From Chlamydiota bacterium (GTDB lineage Bacteria > Chlamydiota > Chlamydiia > Chlamydiales > RGXB01), in NCBI GenBank assembly GCA_016866495.1, contig VGMG01000005.1:40686-104685 (forward strand): DNA of 64,000 nucleotides, written 5' to 3'. Shown here one piece after another: positions 9,737-20,024 of the stretch. The translations under genes and the position numbers were made by a program. Under the pieces are notes generated by a model that was not told the DNA's origin, did not search any database, and saw only the letters and a program-made list of their open reading frames with translations. Numbering within the stretch: position 1 is the stretch's first letter; each line of letters opens with the position of its first letter.

Positions 9737-10507
9737 TTATTTTATGGTTTCTTTAGCATCTTTGAGTTCTAGAAGTTCGGTATCAGCTATTCCTTGAGCT
9801 GTTTCGTTTTTCTCCTCTGGAACGTGGAACTTCATAATTTCCACCTCAAATGTTAGAAGGGAATTAGGAGGTAACATTCCACTTGTGCCATAACCTAAGT
9901 CTGGGTGAATGTAGATGGTTCTTTTTTCTCCCTCTTTCATTCCCACAAGAGCTTTAGAGAAGCCCGGAAAAGTATCCGATAAAGAGATTGTTTCTCCAGC
10001 CTCTGACTCGCCAAAAACTTGTCCATTAAGGAATTTTCCCTGGTACTTGATCAAAGGATTGGAACTCGCTTCGACAGCAGGACCTTCCCCTTTTTGTTGT
10101 GTAACGTATTGGATTTTACCCGATTCAAGCGTCACAACATTTTCTTTTTTAGAATTCAAATCAAGAAAATCTTGAGCCTCCCTTAGATTATCAGTAGCAA
10201 GCTTTTGAAAAGATTTTTCTTGGATTTTATGGATAGCTTCGACAGTAGTCTCTTCGCTTAAAGGCGTTGGTTTCCCGGCCATCGCGTCTTTAAGGCCTTT
10301 AATTACGCGATCGATATTAAAATCGGGCCCAAGGTTTGCCAAATTTTTTGAAATAAGATGACCAAGTGCTTCAGAAATGAGTAGGTTATCAATTTCTTTA
10401 ACGGCGTCAACAGTTTCCTCTTTTTGCAGGTTTGCGCTTTCGCTACTATGCAAAGGGAGCATTTGTAGGGCGCAGCCGATACTCAGGGTAGCCAACCACT
10501 TTTTCAT
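9737..10507 (-). CDS. mip: Mip-like FKBP-type peptidyl-prolyl cis-trans isomerase, probable lipoprotein
   Basis: C-terminal FKBP domain (YQGKFLNGQVFGES, FPGFSKALVGMKEGEKRTIYIHPDLGYG). Signal peptide MKKWLATLSIGCA with a Cys after a lipobox-like LSIG. ATG 10507 has a GGAGAA SD. The longer ORF (to 10615) would overlap aspS. Confidence 0.85.
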   Translation of the reverse strand: MKKWLATLSIGCALQMLPLHSSESANLQKEETVDAVKEIDNLLISEALGHLISKNLANLGPDFNIDRVIKGLKDAMAGKPTPLSEETTVEAIHKIQEKSFQKLATDNLREAQDFLDLNSKKENVVTLESGKIQYVTQQKGEGPAVEASSNPLIKYQGKFLNGQVFGESEAGETISLSDTFPGFSKALVGMKEGEKRTIYIHPDLGYGTSGMLPPNSLLTFEVEIMKFHVPEEKNETAQGIADTELLELKDAKETIK

Positions 10508-10535
10508 ATGTTCTCCAATTCGTCTGTAAGGTACT

Positions 10536-12308
10536 TTATTTTTTATAGGATTTATCCTCAACACAAATGTGTAGCTCTTCGAGCTGGCTTGAAGAGACTG
10601 AGGAGGGGCAGCCATTCATCAGATCCGAGGCTTTTTGGGTTTTTGGAAACGCAATCACATCGCGGATGTTTTCTGTTTTTAATAGTAACATCGCTAAACG
10701 ATCTACACCGATAGCCAAACCTCCATGTGGGGGCGTTCCGTAGCTGAGGGCATCAATAAAGAAACCAAACTTCTTTTCGATAGCCTCATCATCCAGATCA
10801 AGAAGGGTAAAGATTTTTTTTTGCATGTCTTTGTCGTGGATACGAATAGAGCCCCCTCCTAATTCATAGCCATTTAATACGATGTCGTAAGCTTTTGCTC
10901 TAACCTTTAAAGGGTGTTCGTCAAGAAGAGAAATATCCTCTTCCAACGGAGCAGTAAAAGGGTGATGTGCCGATGTGATCGATCCTTCCCCGTCTCCAAT
11001 AAAAAGAGGAAAATCTACTACCCATAGAAATTTATAATCGTCTGGTCTGACAAGCTGCAGCTTTTTAGCTAGATCACGGCGTAGGTGATCCATTGCTTGA
11101 TTCACGCGATCTTCTTGTCCAACACCAAATAGAACAAGGTTTCCCTCTTCTAAGTGTAGTTGCGTTTTTAGTTTGTGCTGATTGTCCTCTGTCAAAAATT
11201 TTGCGATTCCAGTTTCAAGCTTGTCATTCTGGAATCTAGCCATCGGGAGCCCGCCCAGGCCGAACTTCTGAACAAATTGCGTATAATCGTCTAGATCCTT
11301 GCGGGATATTTTTTCACCCTGCAAGACTACAATCGCTTTAATAATTTCATTACGTTCGATGGCTTGATTGAAAACATTGAAAAGGGAGTTCTCTAAAGCT
11401 TTATGCACTCTATGTAATTTGAGGTCAAAACGGATGTCGGGCCGATCACAACCGTAATATTCCATGGCATCGTGGTAACTCATCCGGGTGAAGGGCGAGG
11501 TAAACTCTAGACCAAGAATTTGGTGAAAAACCTGTTTTATGACCTTTTCAATCAAGTTGATCACATCCTCTTGTTCAACAAAGCTCATTTCGACGTCAAG
11601 CTGTGTAAATTCTGGTTGTCTATCCGCTCTTAAATCCTCGTCTCTAAAGCAGCGTGCTATTTGGAAATAACGATCAAGACCTGCAATCATCAAAAGCTGT
11701 TTATATTGTTGAGGAGATTGTGGCAAAGCATAAAAATTTTTAGGATGTACTCTTGAGGGCACCAAATAGTCTCGAGCTCCCTCAGGAGTCGATTTTCCAA
11801 GGATAGGGGTCTCTACTTCACAAAAACCCTCTCTATCGAGAAGGTCTCTAAGGATTTTTATTGCCTTGTGGCGGGTGTGCAAATTTTCCAAAATACCTCC
11901 ACGCCGAATATCGAGATATCGGTACTCTAAACGCATCTCCTCGTTGACGCGGATCTCCTCTTCATTGATTGGAAAAGGGGGAGTTTTTGCTTTTGAAAGG
12001 ATGCACAAAAGATCCCCTTCAATTTCTATTGCGCCTGTTTTTAGCTCCGGATTCTCCATTCCTGTAGCTCGTGGTCTAACAGTTCCCTGAACTTGTAAGA
12101 CCCATTCATTTCTTACCTGTTCTGCCAAAGCATGAGCTTCAATACAGATTTCTGGATCGAAAACAACCTGAGTTATGCCTGTTTTGTCTCTTAAATCAAT
12201 AAAAATAAGACCGCCATGATCACGGCGTTTATGTACCCATCCCGAAAGTTTTACCTTTTTTTTAAGATCTCGAGCGGTGAGCTCTCCGAGTGTGTGTGTG
12301 CGGTACAT
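10536..12308 (-). CDS. aspS: Aspartyl-tRNA synthetase
   Basis: Class IIb motifs: MYRTHTLGEL start, OB-fold, FRDEDLRADRQPEFTQLD, GGGSIRIH, GLAIGVDRL. An alternative upstream ATG lies at 12335. Confidence 0.95.
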   Translation of the reverse strand: MYRTHTLGELTARDLKKKVKLSGWVHKRRDHGGLIFIDLRDKTGITQVVFDPEICIEAHALAEQVRNEWVLQVQGTVRPRATGMENPELKTGAIEIEGDLLCILSKAKTPPFPINEEEIRVNEEMRLEYRYLDIRRGGILENLHTRHKAIKILRDLLDREGFCEVETPILGKSTPEGARDYLVPSRVHPKNFYALPQSPQQYKQLLMIAGLDRYFQIARCFRDEDLRADRQPEFTQLDVEMSFVEQEDVINLIEKVIKQVFHQILGLEFTSPFTRMSYHDAMEYYGCDRPDIRFDLKLHRVHKALENSLFNVFNQAIERNEIIKAIVVLQGEKISRKDLDDYTQFVQKFGLGGLPMARFQNDKLETGIAKFLTEDNQHKLKTQLHLEEGNLVLFGVGQEDRVNQAMDHLRRDLAKKLQLVRPDDYKFLWVVDFPLFIGDGEGSITSAHHPFTAPLEEDISLLDEHPLKVRAKAYDIVLNGYELGGGSIRIHDKDMQKKIFTLLDLDDEAIEKKFGFFIDALSYGTPPHGGLAIGVDRLAMLLLKTENIRDVIAFPKTQKASDLMNGCPSSVSSSQLEELHICVEDKSYKK

Positions 12309-12343
12309 TTTATGACGCTGGCTCCTTATTTTCATTGCAGGAT

Positions 12344-12367
12344 GTCTAAAATGTGACTATTTTAGAC
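12344..12367. promoter_or_regulatory. Perfect inverted repeat GTCTAAAAT-N6-ATTTTAGAC upstream of aspS (operator or 5'-leader hairpin candidate)
   Basis: Read directly: 12344-12352 is the reverse complement of 12359-12367. It sits 9 nt from ATG 12335 and 36 nt from ATG 12308. Confidence 0.25.
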
Positions 12368-12439
12368 AGCTAGGTAAACCCTGAGGATCCATAATAGCCG
12401 GTTTTTCAATAAGCGTAAAGGGGAGCGAGAGGGTTTAAT

Positions 12440-12994
12440 TTAGACAAGGGATCTAAGTGCTATTTCGCCTATTCTCAAAAACTGGGGAATCTCTTTTTTG
12501 TTTTCATGGAGTTTTTTTAGAATTTCCATGAAGGGAAAGGGTATCCATTGTTCACCCGCATGCAACGAGAGATAGTACCCCAACGTGTGGTCCCCCTTTT
12601 CGGGATAATGATTCACAAGGTTGATGAGTTCGTTAAGAGATGAGCTAGGGAAAGTCGCCCCCTCAAGAGTTCTTTGCATCTCATACCAGCTTTTTGAGAG
12701 TCTCTCACAGTATCTCCAGTCTGCACTTAGGTCAGAGTCTTTTAGTTCTGTCAGAGTCTCAAGAAAAGCCTTTAAAGCATCAATCACTTTTTGAGGTGTT
12801 TTTAATGACTCGGTAGATCTGATAGATTCTACAAGAGTGGAAGCAGATAAATAGGTAAGGACAAGTAGGTTGAAGCCTCCCGGGGGAAGGTTTAATTCCA
12901 CATCTTTTTCTGTCTTATCTTTATTGACTTGCTCAACTCGGATCTCTCCATGCATATGGTGAAATCCATGAATCGATTGCCCGTATGAGTTCAT
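12440..12994 (-). CDS. Hypothetical protein (184 aa, His-rich N-terminus)
   Basis: Clean ORF in an otherwise non-coding gap, same strand as aspS, predicted helical, N-terminal HGFHHMHGE. I recognise no family. Confidence 0.55.
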   Translation of the reverse strand: MNSYGQSIHGFHHMHGEIRVEQVNKDKTEKDVELNLPPGGFNLLVLTYLSASTLVESIRSTESLKTPQKVIDALKAFLETLTELKDSDLSADWRYCERLSKSWYEMQRTLEGATFPSSSLNELINLVNHYPEKGDHTLGYYLSLHAGEQWIPFPFMEILKKLHENKKEIPQFLRIGEIALRSLV

Positions 12995-13153
12995 AATACC
13001 CCTATAACATTTTTTACTTTGAAATAAAAATTTTATTTTTAAATGATTAATCTCAACAGGATATATGGCGACTTTTTCTCTTTTACCATGAAAAATTCTT
13101 TTGCGTAAGAGATCAATTTGCTATAGTTCCCTAGACAAAGGGACCTTTATCGT

Positions 13154-14539
13154 TTGAAGTTTTTGAACTGGCTAAATTACTTTCAGTTTCTTACAGAAAG
13201 AGGCGCTCAGGGTGCGCAGTCTCGCCTATATCAGTATTGGCGACTGAGGATTTTCAGCTCAATTTATTTGGGTTACGCCTTTTTTTATCTGACGCGTAAA
13301 AGTTTCAACTTTGCCATGCCCGCTATGATCGTGGATTTGGGAATTTCCAAAACAGAGTTGGGTTTTTTGGGGTCTGTACTCTATGTCACCTACGGGGCAA
13401 GCAAGTTTTTGAGCGGAATTATGGGGGATCGCTCAAATCCTCGCTACTTCATGTCTATTGGTCTTATACTGACGGGCATTTTTAATATTTTATTCGGACT
13501 TTCCTCAAGCATTTTCTTTTTTGCCCTTTTTTGGGGGCTCAATGGTTGGTTCCAAGGTTGGGGTTGGCCTCCGATAGCAAAACTTTTAACGCACTGGTAT
13601 TCGCAGTCCGAAAGGGGGCGTTGGTGGGGTGTGTGGAACACCTCTCATAACCTTGGGGGTGCATTAATCCCCATAGTTGTTGCTGCAACAGCCCAATTTT
13701 TCGGCTGGCGGATGGCGATGTATATTCCGGGTTTTTTGTGTATAGGTATGGGCTTTTTTCTAATGAATCGCCTCCGGGATACCCCTCAATCCCTAGGATT
13801 GCCCCCTATTGAAGATTTTAGAAACGATCATGTTGTAAGTCCCCAACAGGAGGTAAACCAGGAAAAAAATAGCTCCGCCTACGAGTTGTTAATGGAATAT
13901 GTGATCAAAAACCCTTACATATGGGTTTTATCTATTACCTATTTTTTTATCTACATGGTGCGCACCGCAATCAATGACTGGGGATTACTTTATTTTGTAG
14001 AGTACAAAGGAGTCCCTCAGTTAGTGGCTAGCTCTTTTATCTTCGCTTTTGAAATGGGGGGGTTTTTTGGCAGTTTGGCAGCTGGTTGGATTTCGGACAC
14101 CCTTTTTAAGGGGTTAAGAATTCCTGCAAACGCCCTTTTTTCACTTGGAGCTGCTTTAGCTTGTGCTCTGATGGTCTTTTTCCCCTCAGAACTCTATGTT
14201 TTTTATACCATTTTCATGTTCCTATCGGGTTTTTTTATTTTCGGTCCTCAGATGTTGATTGGTGTAGCTTGTGCGGAGCTATCTCACAAGAAAGCCTCTG
14301 GAAGTTCAACAGGATTCGCAGGTACCTTTGCTTATTTGGGTGCAGCGACGGCTTCTTTAGTGAGTGGCAGATTGACCGAGATCTACGGCTGGGAGATTTT
14401 TTTCCCGGCGTTAGCCCTTTTTAGCCTGGTTTCGTTTGCTTTTTTGACCCCTTTTTGGAATATAAAAGCCAATCCAAAGCTCGCTTTAGTTGAGCTACAA
14501 GAAAATTCGGAAATTGAGAATAGCTCACAAAAATCCTAA
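13154..14539 (+). CDS. uhpC: Hexose-phosphate transporter, MFS organophosphate:Pi antiporter family
   Basis: 461 aa, 12-TM MFS pattern with UhpC/GlpT-like blocks (YLTRKSFNFAMP, GDRSNPRYFM, WGWPPIAKLLTHWYSQSERG). TTG start. Confidence 0.85.
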   Translation: MKFLNWLNYFQFLTERGAQGAQSRLYQYWRLRIFSSIYLGYAFFYLTRKSFNFAMPAMIVDLGISKTELGFLGSVLYVTYGASKFLSGIMGDRSNPRYFMSIGLILTGIFNILFGLSSSIFFFALFWGLNGWFQGWGWPPIAKLLTHWYSQSERGRWWGVWNTSHNLGGALIPIVVAATAQFFGWRMAMYIPGFLCIGMGFFLMNRLRDTPQSLGLPPIEDFRNDHVVSPQQEVNQEKNSSAYELLMEYVIKNPYIWVLSITYFFIYMVRTAINDWGLLYFVEYKGVPQLVASSFIFAFEMGGFFGSLAAGWISDTLFKGLRIPANALFSLGAALACALMVFFPSELYVFYTIFMFLSGFFIFGPQMLIGVACAELSHKKASGSSTGFAGTFAYLGAATASLVSGRLTEIYGWEIFFPALALFSLVSFAFLTPFWNIKANPKLALVELQENSEIENSSQKS

Positions 14540-14632
14540 TTCTTCAATCAAATTTTTCTGTTTTACCTGAAAGTTTTTTTTAGATTCAGTTTTTTTTAAG
14601 TGATAATTTTCTAGTCATGGTAGAATAACAGT

Positions 14633-17600
14633 ATGTGGATTTCATTAACCAACCATTCTGGATATTCTATTCTTTCGTCCCAGGCTTCAATAGAGGAGCT
14701 TGTGAAGTTTGCTTGCGATCACAAAATGGAGGCTCTTGCACTTACAGACTCTTGTAATTTATTTGGCGCTGTCGATTTTTACAAAGAGTGTAAGAAAAAA
14801 GGGATAAAGCCGCTCATTGGTATGGAGGTAATGCTTGCTTCCACCAGTCGCCTCGATAAAAGAAGGGGATCCGATATTTTCGCAACTCCCCTAACACTGA
14901 TTGCAAAAAACAGATTGGGATACCAAAATCTTTGCGCTTTGAGCTCTTTAGGTTTTATTGAGGGGTTTTACTACACGCCGCGTATAGATAAAGAACTCCT
15001 CGAAAAATATCATGAGGGACTGATCTGTTTGATGGGATCTCACGCAAGCTATTTAGCGGATCTTGCACTTAAAGAGGATGATGCCCCTTTCTACAAAGAG
15101 CTGGAATTCTGGAAAAATCTGTTTCAAGAAGATTTGTACTTACAGGTAGAAAGACATAGAATGGACTCCAAAGATTTAGTTGCTTTGGGTTTTGATAAAG
15201 AGCAGTGGCTTTTACAGCTACACAACGAGATGGCTGAAAAGCAAGAGCTTTTGGTGCAAAAGTATAAACTGGTCCATCAAAAAACAAATATAGGGCTTGT
15301 GGCCACAAATAATGTGCAGTTCATGCAAAAAAAAGACTATAAAGCGCATGAAATTTTGATGAACATTCAATCGGCCGAGACTATAGAAATTATTGAAAAA
15401 GATTCCTTAGGTGTTCTTAGACGTCGCTATCCCAATCCTAAACGACGTGTTTTACCCTCAGACCAGTATTATTTTAAAACACCTATGGAAATGGAGTCCC
15501 TCTTTGCAGATTTGCCTGAGGCGATTGAAACTACGCGTCGCCTGGCTGACTCGGTGGATATGTCAATGGACTTTGACACGCGCTATTATCCGGTCTTTAT
15601 CCCTCCTGAACTTGAAGGCAGAGAATTTACCGATGAACAACGAGCCAAGGCTGCAGAGGATTTTTTGCGGCAACTCTGCTCTGAAGGGATCAAAGTCAGG
15701 TATACAGCCGAGAGGCTAGCAGCAGTGCAAAGTGTGTATCCCGACCAAAATCCGATGGATGTGGTCACCAAGCGTCTCGATTATGAGTTATCGATCATCA
15801 CAACCAAGGGGATGTGCGACTATCTTTTAATCGTTTACGATTTCATACACTGGGCAAAAACTCAGGGAATTCCGATGGGTCCGGGGCGTGGATCGGGAGC
15901 TGGATCGATTATATTGTATTTGATCGGAATCACCGATATTGAACCGCTCCGATTTCATTTGTTTTTTGAACGCTTTATTAACCCTGAAAGGATCTCTTAC
16001 CCTGATATTGACGTCGATATATGCATGGACAGGCGTCAAGAGGTTATAGACTATACGATTCGCAAATACGGTAAAGATCGGGTAGCGCAGATCATCACAT
16101 TTGGCACCATGAAAGCTAAAATGGCTGTAAAGGATGTGGGCAGAGTTTTAAGCGTACCTTTATCAAAGGTGAACTTGATAGCAAAACTGATTCCCGATGA
16201 TTTACAAATTACTCTACAGAAGGCATTAGATGTTGAGCCCGACTTGCGGGATATGGCAGATAAAGACCCAGAAGTAGCAAAAGTTCTGGAAATGGCTAAA
16301 GCTCTTGAGGGATCGATCCGCAATACGGGTATTCATGCTGCAGGTTTGATTATTTCTGCCAAACCATTGATCGAGACGATTCCAGTTTGCACAGCCAAAG
16401 ACGCAGAAATGCTTGTAACGCAGTATGCAATGAAGCCGGTAGAGGCTGTGGGTATGCTTAAGATCGACTTTTTGGGGCTCAAAACACTGACATCTATTCA
16501 AAAAGCCTGTGATTCGGTCAAAAACACGCATAATGTACACATCGATTGGGTGAATCTTCCACTCGATGATAAACCAACATTTGATCTACTCAACCAGGGG
16601 AAAACATCAGGGATATTTCAGTTAGAATCTCAAGGGATGCAGGATCTGGCAAGGCAGTTACACATTGATAAATTTGAGGAGATTATTGCGGTAGGAGCTT
16701 TGTACCGCCCTGGTCCTATGGAGATGATCCCTTCTTTTATTCAAAGAAAACACGGTCGCGAAAAAATCGAGTTTGATCATCCTTGGATGGAAGATATTTT
16801 ACAAGAAACCTACGGGATCATGGTGTATCAAGAGCAGGTCATGCAAATCGCTTCAAAGCTTGCTGGATACAGCTTGGGTGAAGGTGATGTTTTACGCCGT
16901 GCTATGGGGAAAAAAGACGCCCAAGAAATGGCTCGTCAAAGGGATAAATTTCGGTCGGGTTCCAAAAATAATTCGATTCAAGAAAATCAGTCGATGACGA
17001 TTTTCGATAAAGTGGAAAAGTTTGCAAGCTACGGTTTTAACAAATCTCACGCGGCAGCCTACGGCTTTTTAAGTTATGTTACAGCTTATCTAAAGGCAAA
17101 TTATCCAGCCCACTGGATGGCGGCTTTAATGAGTTGCGATATGGCCGATATTTCTAAAGTGGCTAAACACAGTGCAGAATGTAAAACAATGGCGATTGCC
17201 GTACTACCCCCTTCAATTAATGAATCGGAACAGTACTTTACGCCTACTAACAATGGAATCCGCTTTGCTTTAGGGGGAATTAAGGGGATAGGTGAAGGTG
17301 TCGTACAGGCAATTATCGAGACTCGTAGAAGCGAGGGAAAATTTAAAAGTTTGGCCGATTTTGTCCAAAAAATTGATGTAAAAAGGATAGGCAAAAAGAC
17401 AATAGAGACTTTAATTGAAGCGGGATGTTTTGACGATTTTTCACACTCAAGACGTGCGCTAATGGGGCAAACCGGTGATCTTTTTGACGCAAGCGTACGC
17501 TCCCAAAAAGAAAAAACGAAAGGCTACATCTCATTTTTTGGGGAGGAAGATCCAAAAGAAGAGAACGAGGCGGTCCACGATGATCCCCCTTTGGAGCGAT

Positions 17601-18316
17601 TGTTTAAGGAACGTGAGTTGCTAGGTTTTTATCTGACAGGACATCCGTTGCAGCTCTATCAAAAAGAAATTGAAGCACTCGATGCGATCTCAATCGACAA
17701 TTTGATGCACCTTGAACAAAGCGATGTTTTAGTGGTCCCTTTTGTGATAGAAGACTTGGAGTATAGACTTTCACAAAAAACGCAAAAAAAGTTTGCAGTG
17801 TTGAAAGCTTCGGATCAGAGCGGCACTGTGGAGCTTTTGGCTTGGAGCGATTTGATTGAATCGAAAGGGACTCAGCTTAAAGAGAACGCGCTACTCGTCG
17901 GTTTGATTGAGCTGGAGAAAAGGGGTAGTGAGCATAAGGTAATGCTGAAAGACCTTTTCTCATTTGATAGTGTACATCAAAAAGATGTTTTAGAAATCCG
18001 GGATAGATTACGCTCATCTCAAAAAGTTTTTTTACAAAAAAGAGCCCAGCAAGAGAATAAGGGGAGCGCTATGAGAGCCAAAGAGGAGAGAAAAGAGGCT
18101 ATGCTGAAGCTTTACTTGAATGAAGCTGAAATGGGTCATCAAGCTGTGGTTCAATTAAAAAAAATATTTAATTCTCATCCGGGTAAATCACCGGTACACA
18201 TTCAAATAGGTCCGAGCTCTTTAGTCATCGATGAGAGTTTTGGTGTGAAGATTTCCGATGAGCTGCTCTCCACGCTACAACAATTGAAGTATGTGGACAG
18301 CATTGCAAAAAGCTAG
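14633..18316 (+). CDS. dnaE: DNA polymerase III alpha subunit
   Basis: 1227 aa with an N-terminal PHP domain (ALALTDSCNLFGAVDF), polymerase core (GPGRGSGAGSIILYLIGITDIEP, YPDIDVDI, FNKSHAAAYG) and a C-terminal OB region. Confidence 0.95.
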   Translation: MWISLTNHSGYSILSSQASIEELVKFACDHKMEALALTDSCNLFGAVDFYKECKKKGIKPLIGMEVMLASTSRLDKRRGSDIFATPLTLIAKNRLGYQNLCALSSLGFIEGFYYTPRIDKELLEKYHEGLICLMGSHASYLADLALKEDDAPFYKELEFWKNLFQEDLYLQVERHRMDSKDLVALGFDKEQWLLQLHNEMAEKQELLVQKYKLVHQKTNIGLVATNNVQFMQKKDYKAHEILMNIQSAETIEIIEKDSLGVLRRRYPNPKRRVLPSDQYYFKTPMEMESLFADLPEAIETTRRLADSVDMSMDFDTRYYPVFIPPELEGREFTDEQRAKAAEDFLRQLCSEGIKVRYTAERLAAVQSVYPDQNPMDVVTKRLDYELSIITTKGMCDYLLIVYDFIHWAKTQGIPMGPGRGSGAGSIILYLIGITDIEPLRFHLFFERFINPERISYPDIDVDICMDRRQEVIDYTIRKYGKDRVAQIITFGTMKAKMAVKDVGRVLSVPLSKVNLIAKLIPDDLQITLQKALDVEPDLRDMADKDPEVAKVLEMAKALEGSIRNTGIHAAGLIISAKPLIETIPVCTAKDAEMLVTQYAMKPVEAVGMLKIDFLGLKTLTSIQKACDSVKNTHNVHIDWVNLPLDDKPTFDLLNQGKTSGIFQLESQGMQDLARQLHIDKFEEIIAVGALYRPGPMEMIPSFIQRKHGREKIEFDHPWMEDILQETYGIMVYQEQVMQIASKLAGYSLGEGDVLRRAMGKKDAQEMARQRDKFRSGSKNNSIQENQSMTIFDKVEKFASYGFNKSHAAAYGFLSYVTAYLKANYPAHWMAALMSCDMADISKVAKHSAECKTMAIAVLPPSINESEQYFTPTNNGIRFALGGIKGIGEGVVQAIIETRRSEGKFKSLADFVQKIDVKRIGKKTIETLIEAGCFDDFSHSRRALMGQTGDLFDASVRSQKEKTKGYISFFGEEDPKEENEAVHDDPPLERLFKERELLGFYLTGHPLQLYQKEIEALDAISIDNLMHLEQSDVLVVPFVIEDLEYRLSQKTQKKFAVLKASDQSGTVELLAWSDLIESKGTQLKENALLVGLIELEKRGSEHKVMLKDLFSFDSVHQKDVLEIRDRLRSSQKVFLQKRAQQENKGSAMRAKEERKEAMLKLYLNEAEMGHQAVVQLKKIFNSHPGKSPVHIQIGPSSLVIDESFGVKISDELLSTLQQLKYVDSIAKS

Positions 18317-18448
18317 AGCTTTCTCCTTTTCGATTTTAACTCCTTCTTTTTGTTTACTTAAAATAAAGAGTTTCTGTTTGGCAAAATAATTGGTAATCCC
18401 CCAATTGGGGTTGCGAGGTTATCTTTTGAACTGTTATACTTTTTTTGT

Positions 18449-19459
18449 ATGAAAGCTATAGCTCTATTTTCAAGTATTGTATTTACATTTTTTAGTATCG
18501 AGGGGAAAGCGACTAACAAGCCCTTTGATCAGCTTTATACTCAGCTACAGGATTCTCTAGATATGCAGGACCTCAAGTCTGCGAAAAAAAGTGCTGAGGT
18601 GATCGTGGATATTTATCAAGACCATCCGATGTCTCCCGAGGTCTATTTCCAACTTGCCTCATTGTACCTTAAAGAGGGAGAGTACGAAGCAGCGTTTGAA
18701 GCTGTAGAGCTCTATCTTAAAAAAGATGCGACACTGCGTTTTTACGAAGAGGCATACAAAATCAAATTAGAGGTAGCACATCGCTATTCAAAAGGCTTCA
18801 AAAAGCATATCGCAGGTCTTAGAGTTTTACCCAAGTGGATGCCGGCTCAAGAGGAAGCTATGGATATCTATGACGAGATTCAAGCGGCTGTCCCTAGATC
18901 CGATTTAGCTGCTGAGGCTCTATACGCAAAAGCTGCTCTACAACTGCATCTTCAGGACTATAAAGGTTCATTAGACTCTTTTCAGATTTTTCTCAAAAAG
19001 TTCGGCCAACACGCTTTAGCTCCCCATGCCCATATCAAAATTGGGGATATCTATGTTGTGAATACAAAAGCTCAACAAAACGATGATAGTTTTTTAGCCC
19101 TAGAACGTCTGAATTATCAGCGTTTCAAAGATAATTTTCCGTCTGATCCAAGACTAAGAATTGCTGAAGGGCAGATGAAAAATATCGAGGAAATGCTAGC
19201 TGACGGGATGTTTGAAATCGCAGCTTATTATAAACGTACAAAACGGTACGATGCTGCACTTCTTTATTACACTCAAGTGATACAAAGTTACCCCAAGTCT
19301 GTAGTTGCCCATAAGGCCGTGAATACAGTACAGTACCTTCGTGAGAAATATTCCGATCTTAAAGACAAGTATCCTGTGGAAGACCTTGAGATTATCGTGG
19401 ATGTTGTGGAAGAACTTCCAGATATTATTCAAGATCAGACCGATCAGAAGGTTCGTTAG
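18449..19459 (+). CDS. TPR-like outer-membrane assembly factor, BamD/YfiO-like (tentative)
   Basis: Signal peptide MKAIALFSSIVFTFFSIEG. Repeated helical-pair pattern ending in F(P)xSxxxxxA-type blocks (FKDNFPSDPRLRIAEGQM...IAAYYKRTKRYDAALLYYTQVIQSYPKS) resembles BamD. Pattern match only. Confidence 0.45.
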   Translation: MKAIALFSSIVFTFFSIEGKATNKPFDQLYTQLQDSLDMQDLKSAKKSAEVIVDIYQDHPMSPEVYFQLASLYLKEGEYEAAFEAVELYLKKDATLRFYEEAYKIKLEVAHRYSKGFKKHIAGLRVLPKWMPAQEEAMDIYDEIQAAVPRSDLAAEALYAKAALQLHLQDYKGSLDSFQIFLKKFGQHALAPHAHIKIGDIYVVNTKAQQNDDSFLALERLNYQRFKDNFPSDPRLRIAEGQMKNIEEMLADGMFEIAAYYKRTKRYDAALLYYTQVIQSYPKSVVAHKAVNTVQYLREKYSDLKDKYPVEDLEIIVDVVEELPDIIQDQTDQKVR

Positions 19460-20024
19460 TCATTACGTTTTTTCCACCCTGTTACTTACAGGGTGTCAAT
19501 ACCAATTTGTTCAGCCAAAAAACCAGCCTACCATTGAGTTATCTTTTAAAGGCCCCTTCACCTTGGCATCTTTTGAAGAGGAGATGCGGCTCGAGCTTCA
19601 AAGGTCTACCGGGTACCAGGTAGTCAACAAAAATGGGCGCTATCTTGTAGAGATCAGCGTCGATCAGCTAAGAAAAGATACCATAGGGTTTTTACACGAC
19701 CGGCAACCCATTACCGGAGAGGTTATAGACCGGCTTTTTCCTAATGAGGGTAGGGCAGTTCTGGGTGCCAAAATCACGATTATTGACAAACATGATTTAA
19801 AGAGTATGATCGAAAATAGAAGGCTATTTGCATCAGCTGATTTTGATTTTACTAACCCAAATACACTGAGAGATACTCAATATGAGGGGCAACCTTTAGT
19901 AGAGTATTCTCTTGGTCAATTTGACTCTGAGTATGGCGCATATGACGTTGCAAGCTTAATAGCTAAAAAGAATCTAGCTAAACAACTTGCCCTATATTTA
20001 GGAGGGGTATGTCTCAAGAAATGA
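19401..20024 (+). CDS. Lipoprotein, possibly LptE-like (tentative)
   Basis: From ATG 19401 there is a basic n-region then FSTLLLTGC, a classic lipobox. The mature part (CQYQF..., TIELSF...MRLELQRSTGYQVV...LVEISVDQLRKDTIG) has LptE-like layout. The ORF-track start 19341 lies further inside the upstream gene. Confidence 0.5.
   Translation: MLWKNFQILFKIRPIRRFVSHYVFSTLLLTGCQYQFVQPKNQPTIELSFKGPFTLASFEEEMRLELQRSTGYQVVNKNGRYLVEISVDQLRKDTIGFLHDRQPITGEVIDRLFPNEGRAVLGAKITIIDKHDLKSMIENRRLFASADFDFTNPNTLRDTQYEGQPLVEYSLGQFDSEYGAYDVASLIAKKNLAKQLALYLGGVCLKK

Noticed and set aside
10508-10615. N-terminal extension of the mip ORF (MAAPPQSL...)
   Set aside because: It would overlap the aspS 3' end by 80 nt. 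ATG 10507 has an SD and yields a proper signal peptide and lipobox.
18399-18410. CCCCAATTGGGG palindrome upstream of the BamD-like gene; a similar TTCAATTGAA lies upstream of lon at about 49238-49247
   Set aside because: These are short, single-copy palindromes with no partner sites or supporting context. They cannot be distinguished from chance without comparative data.
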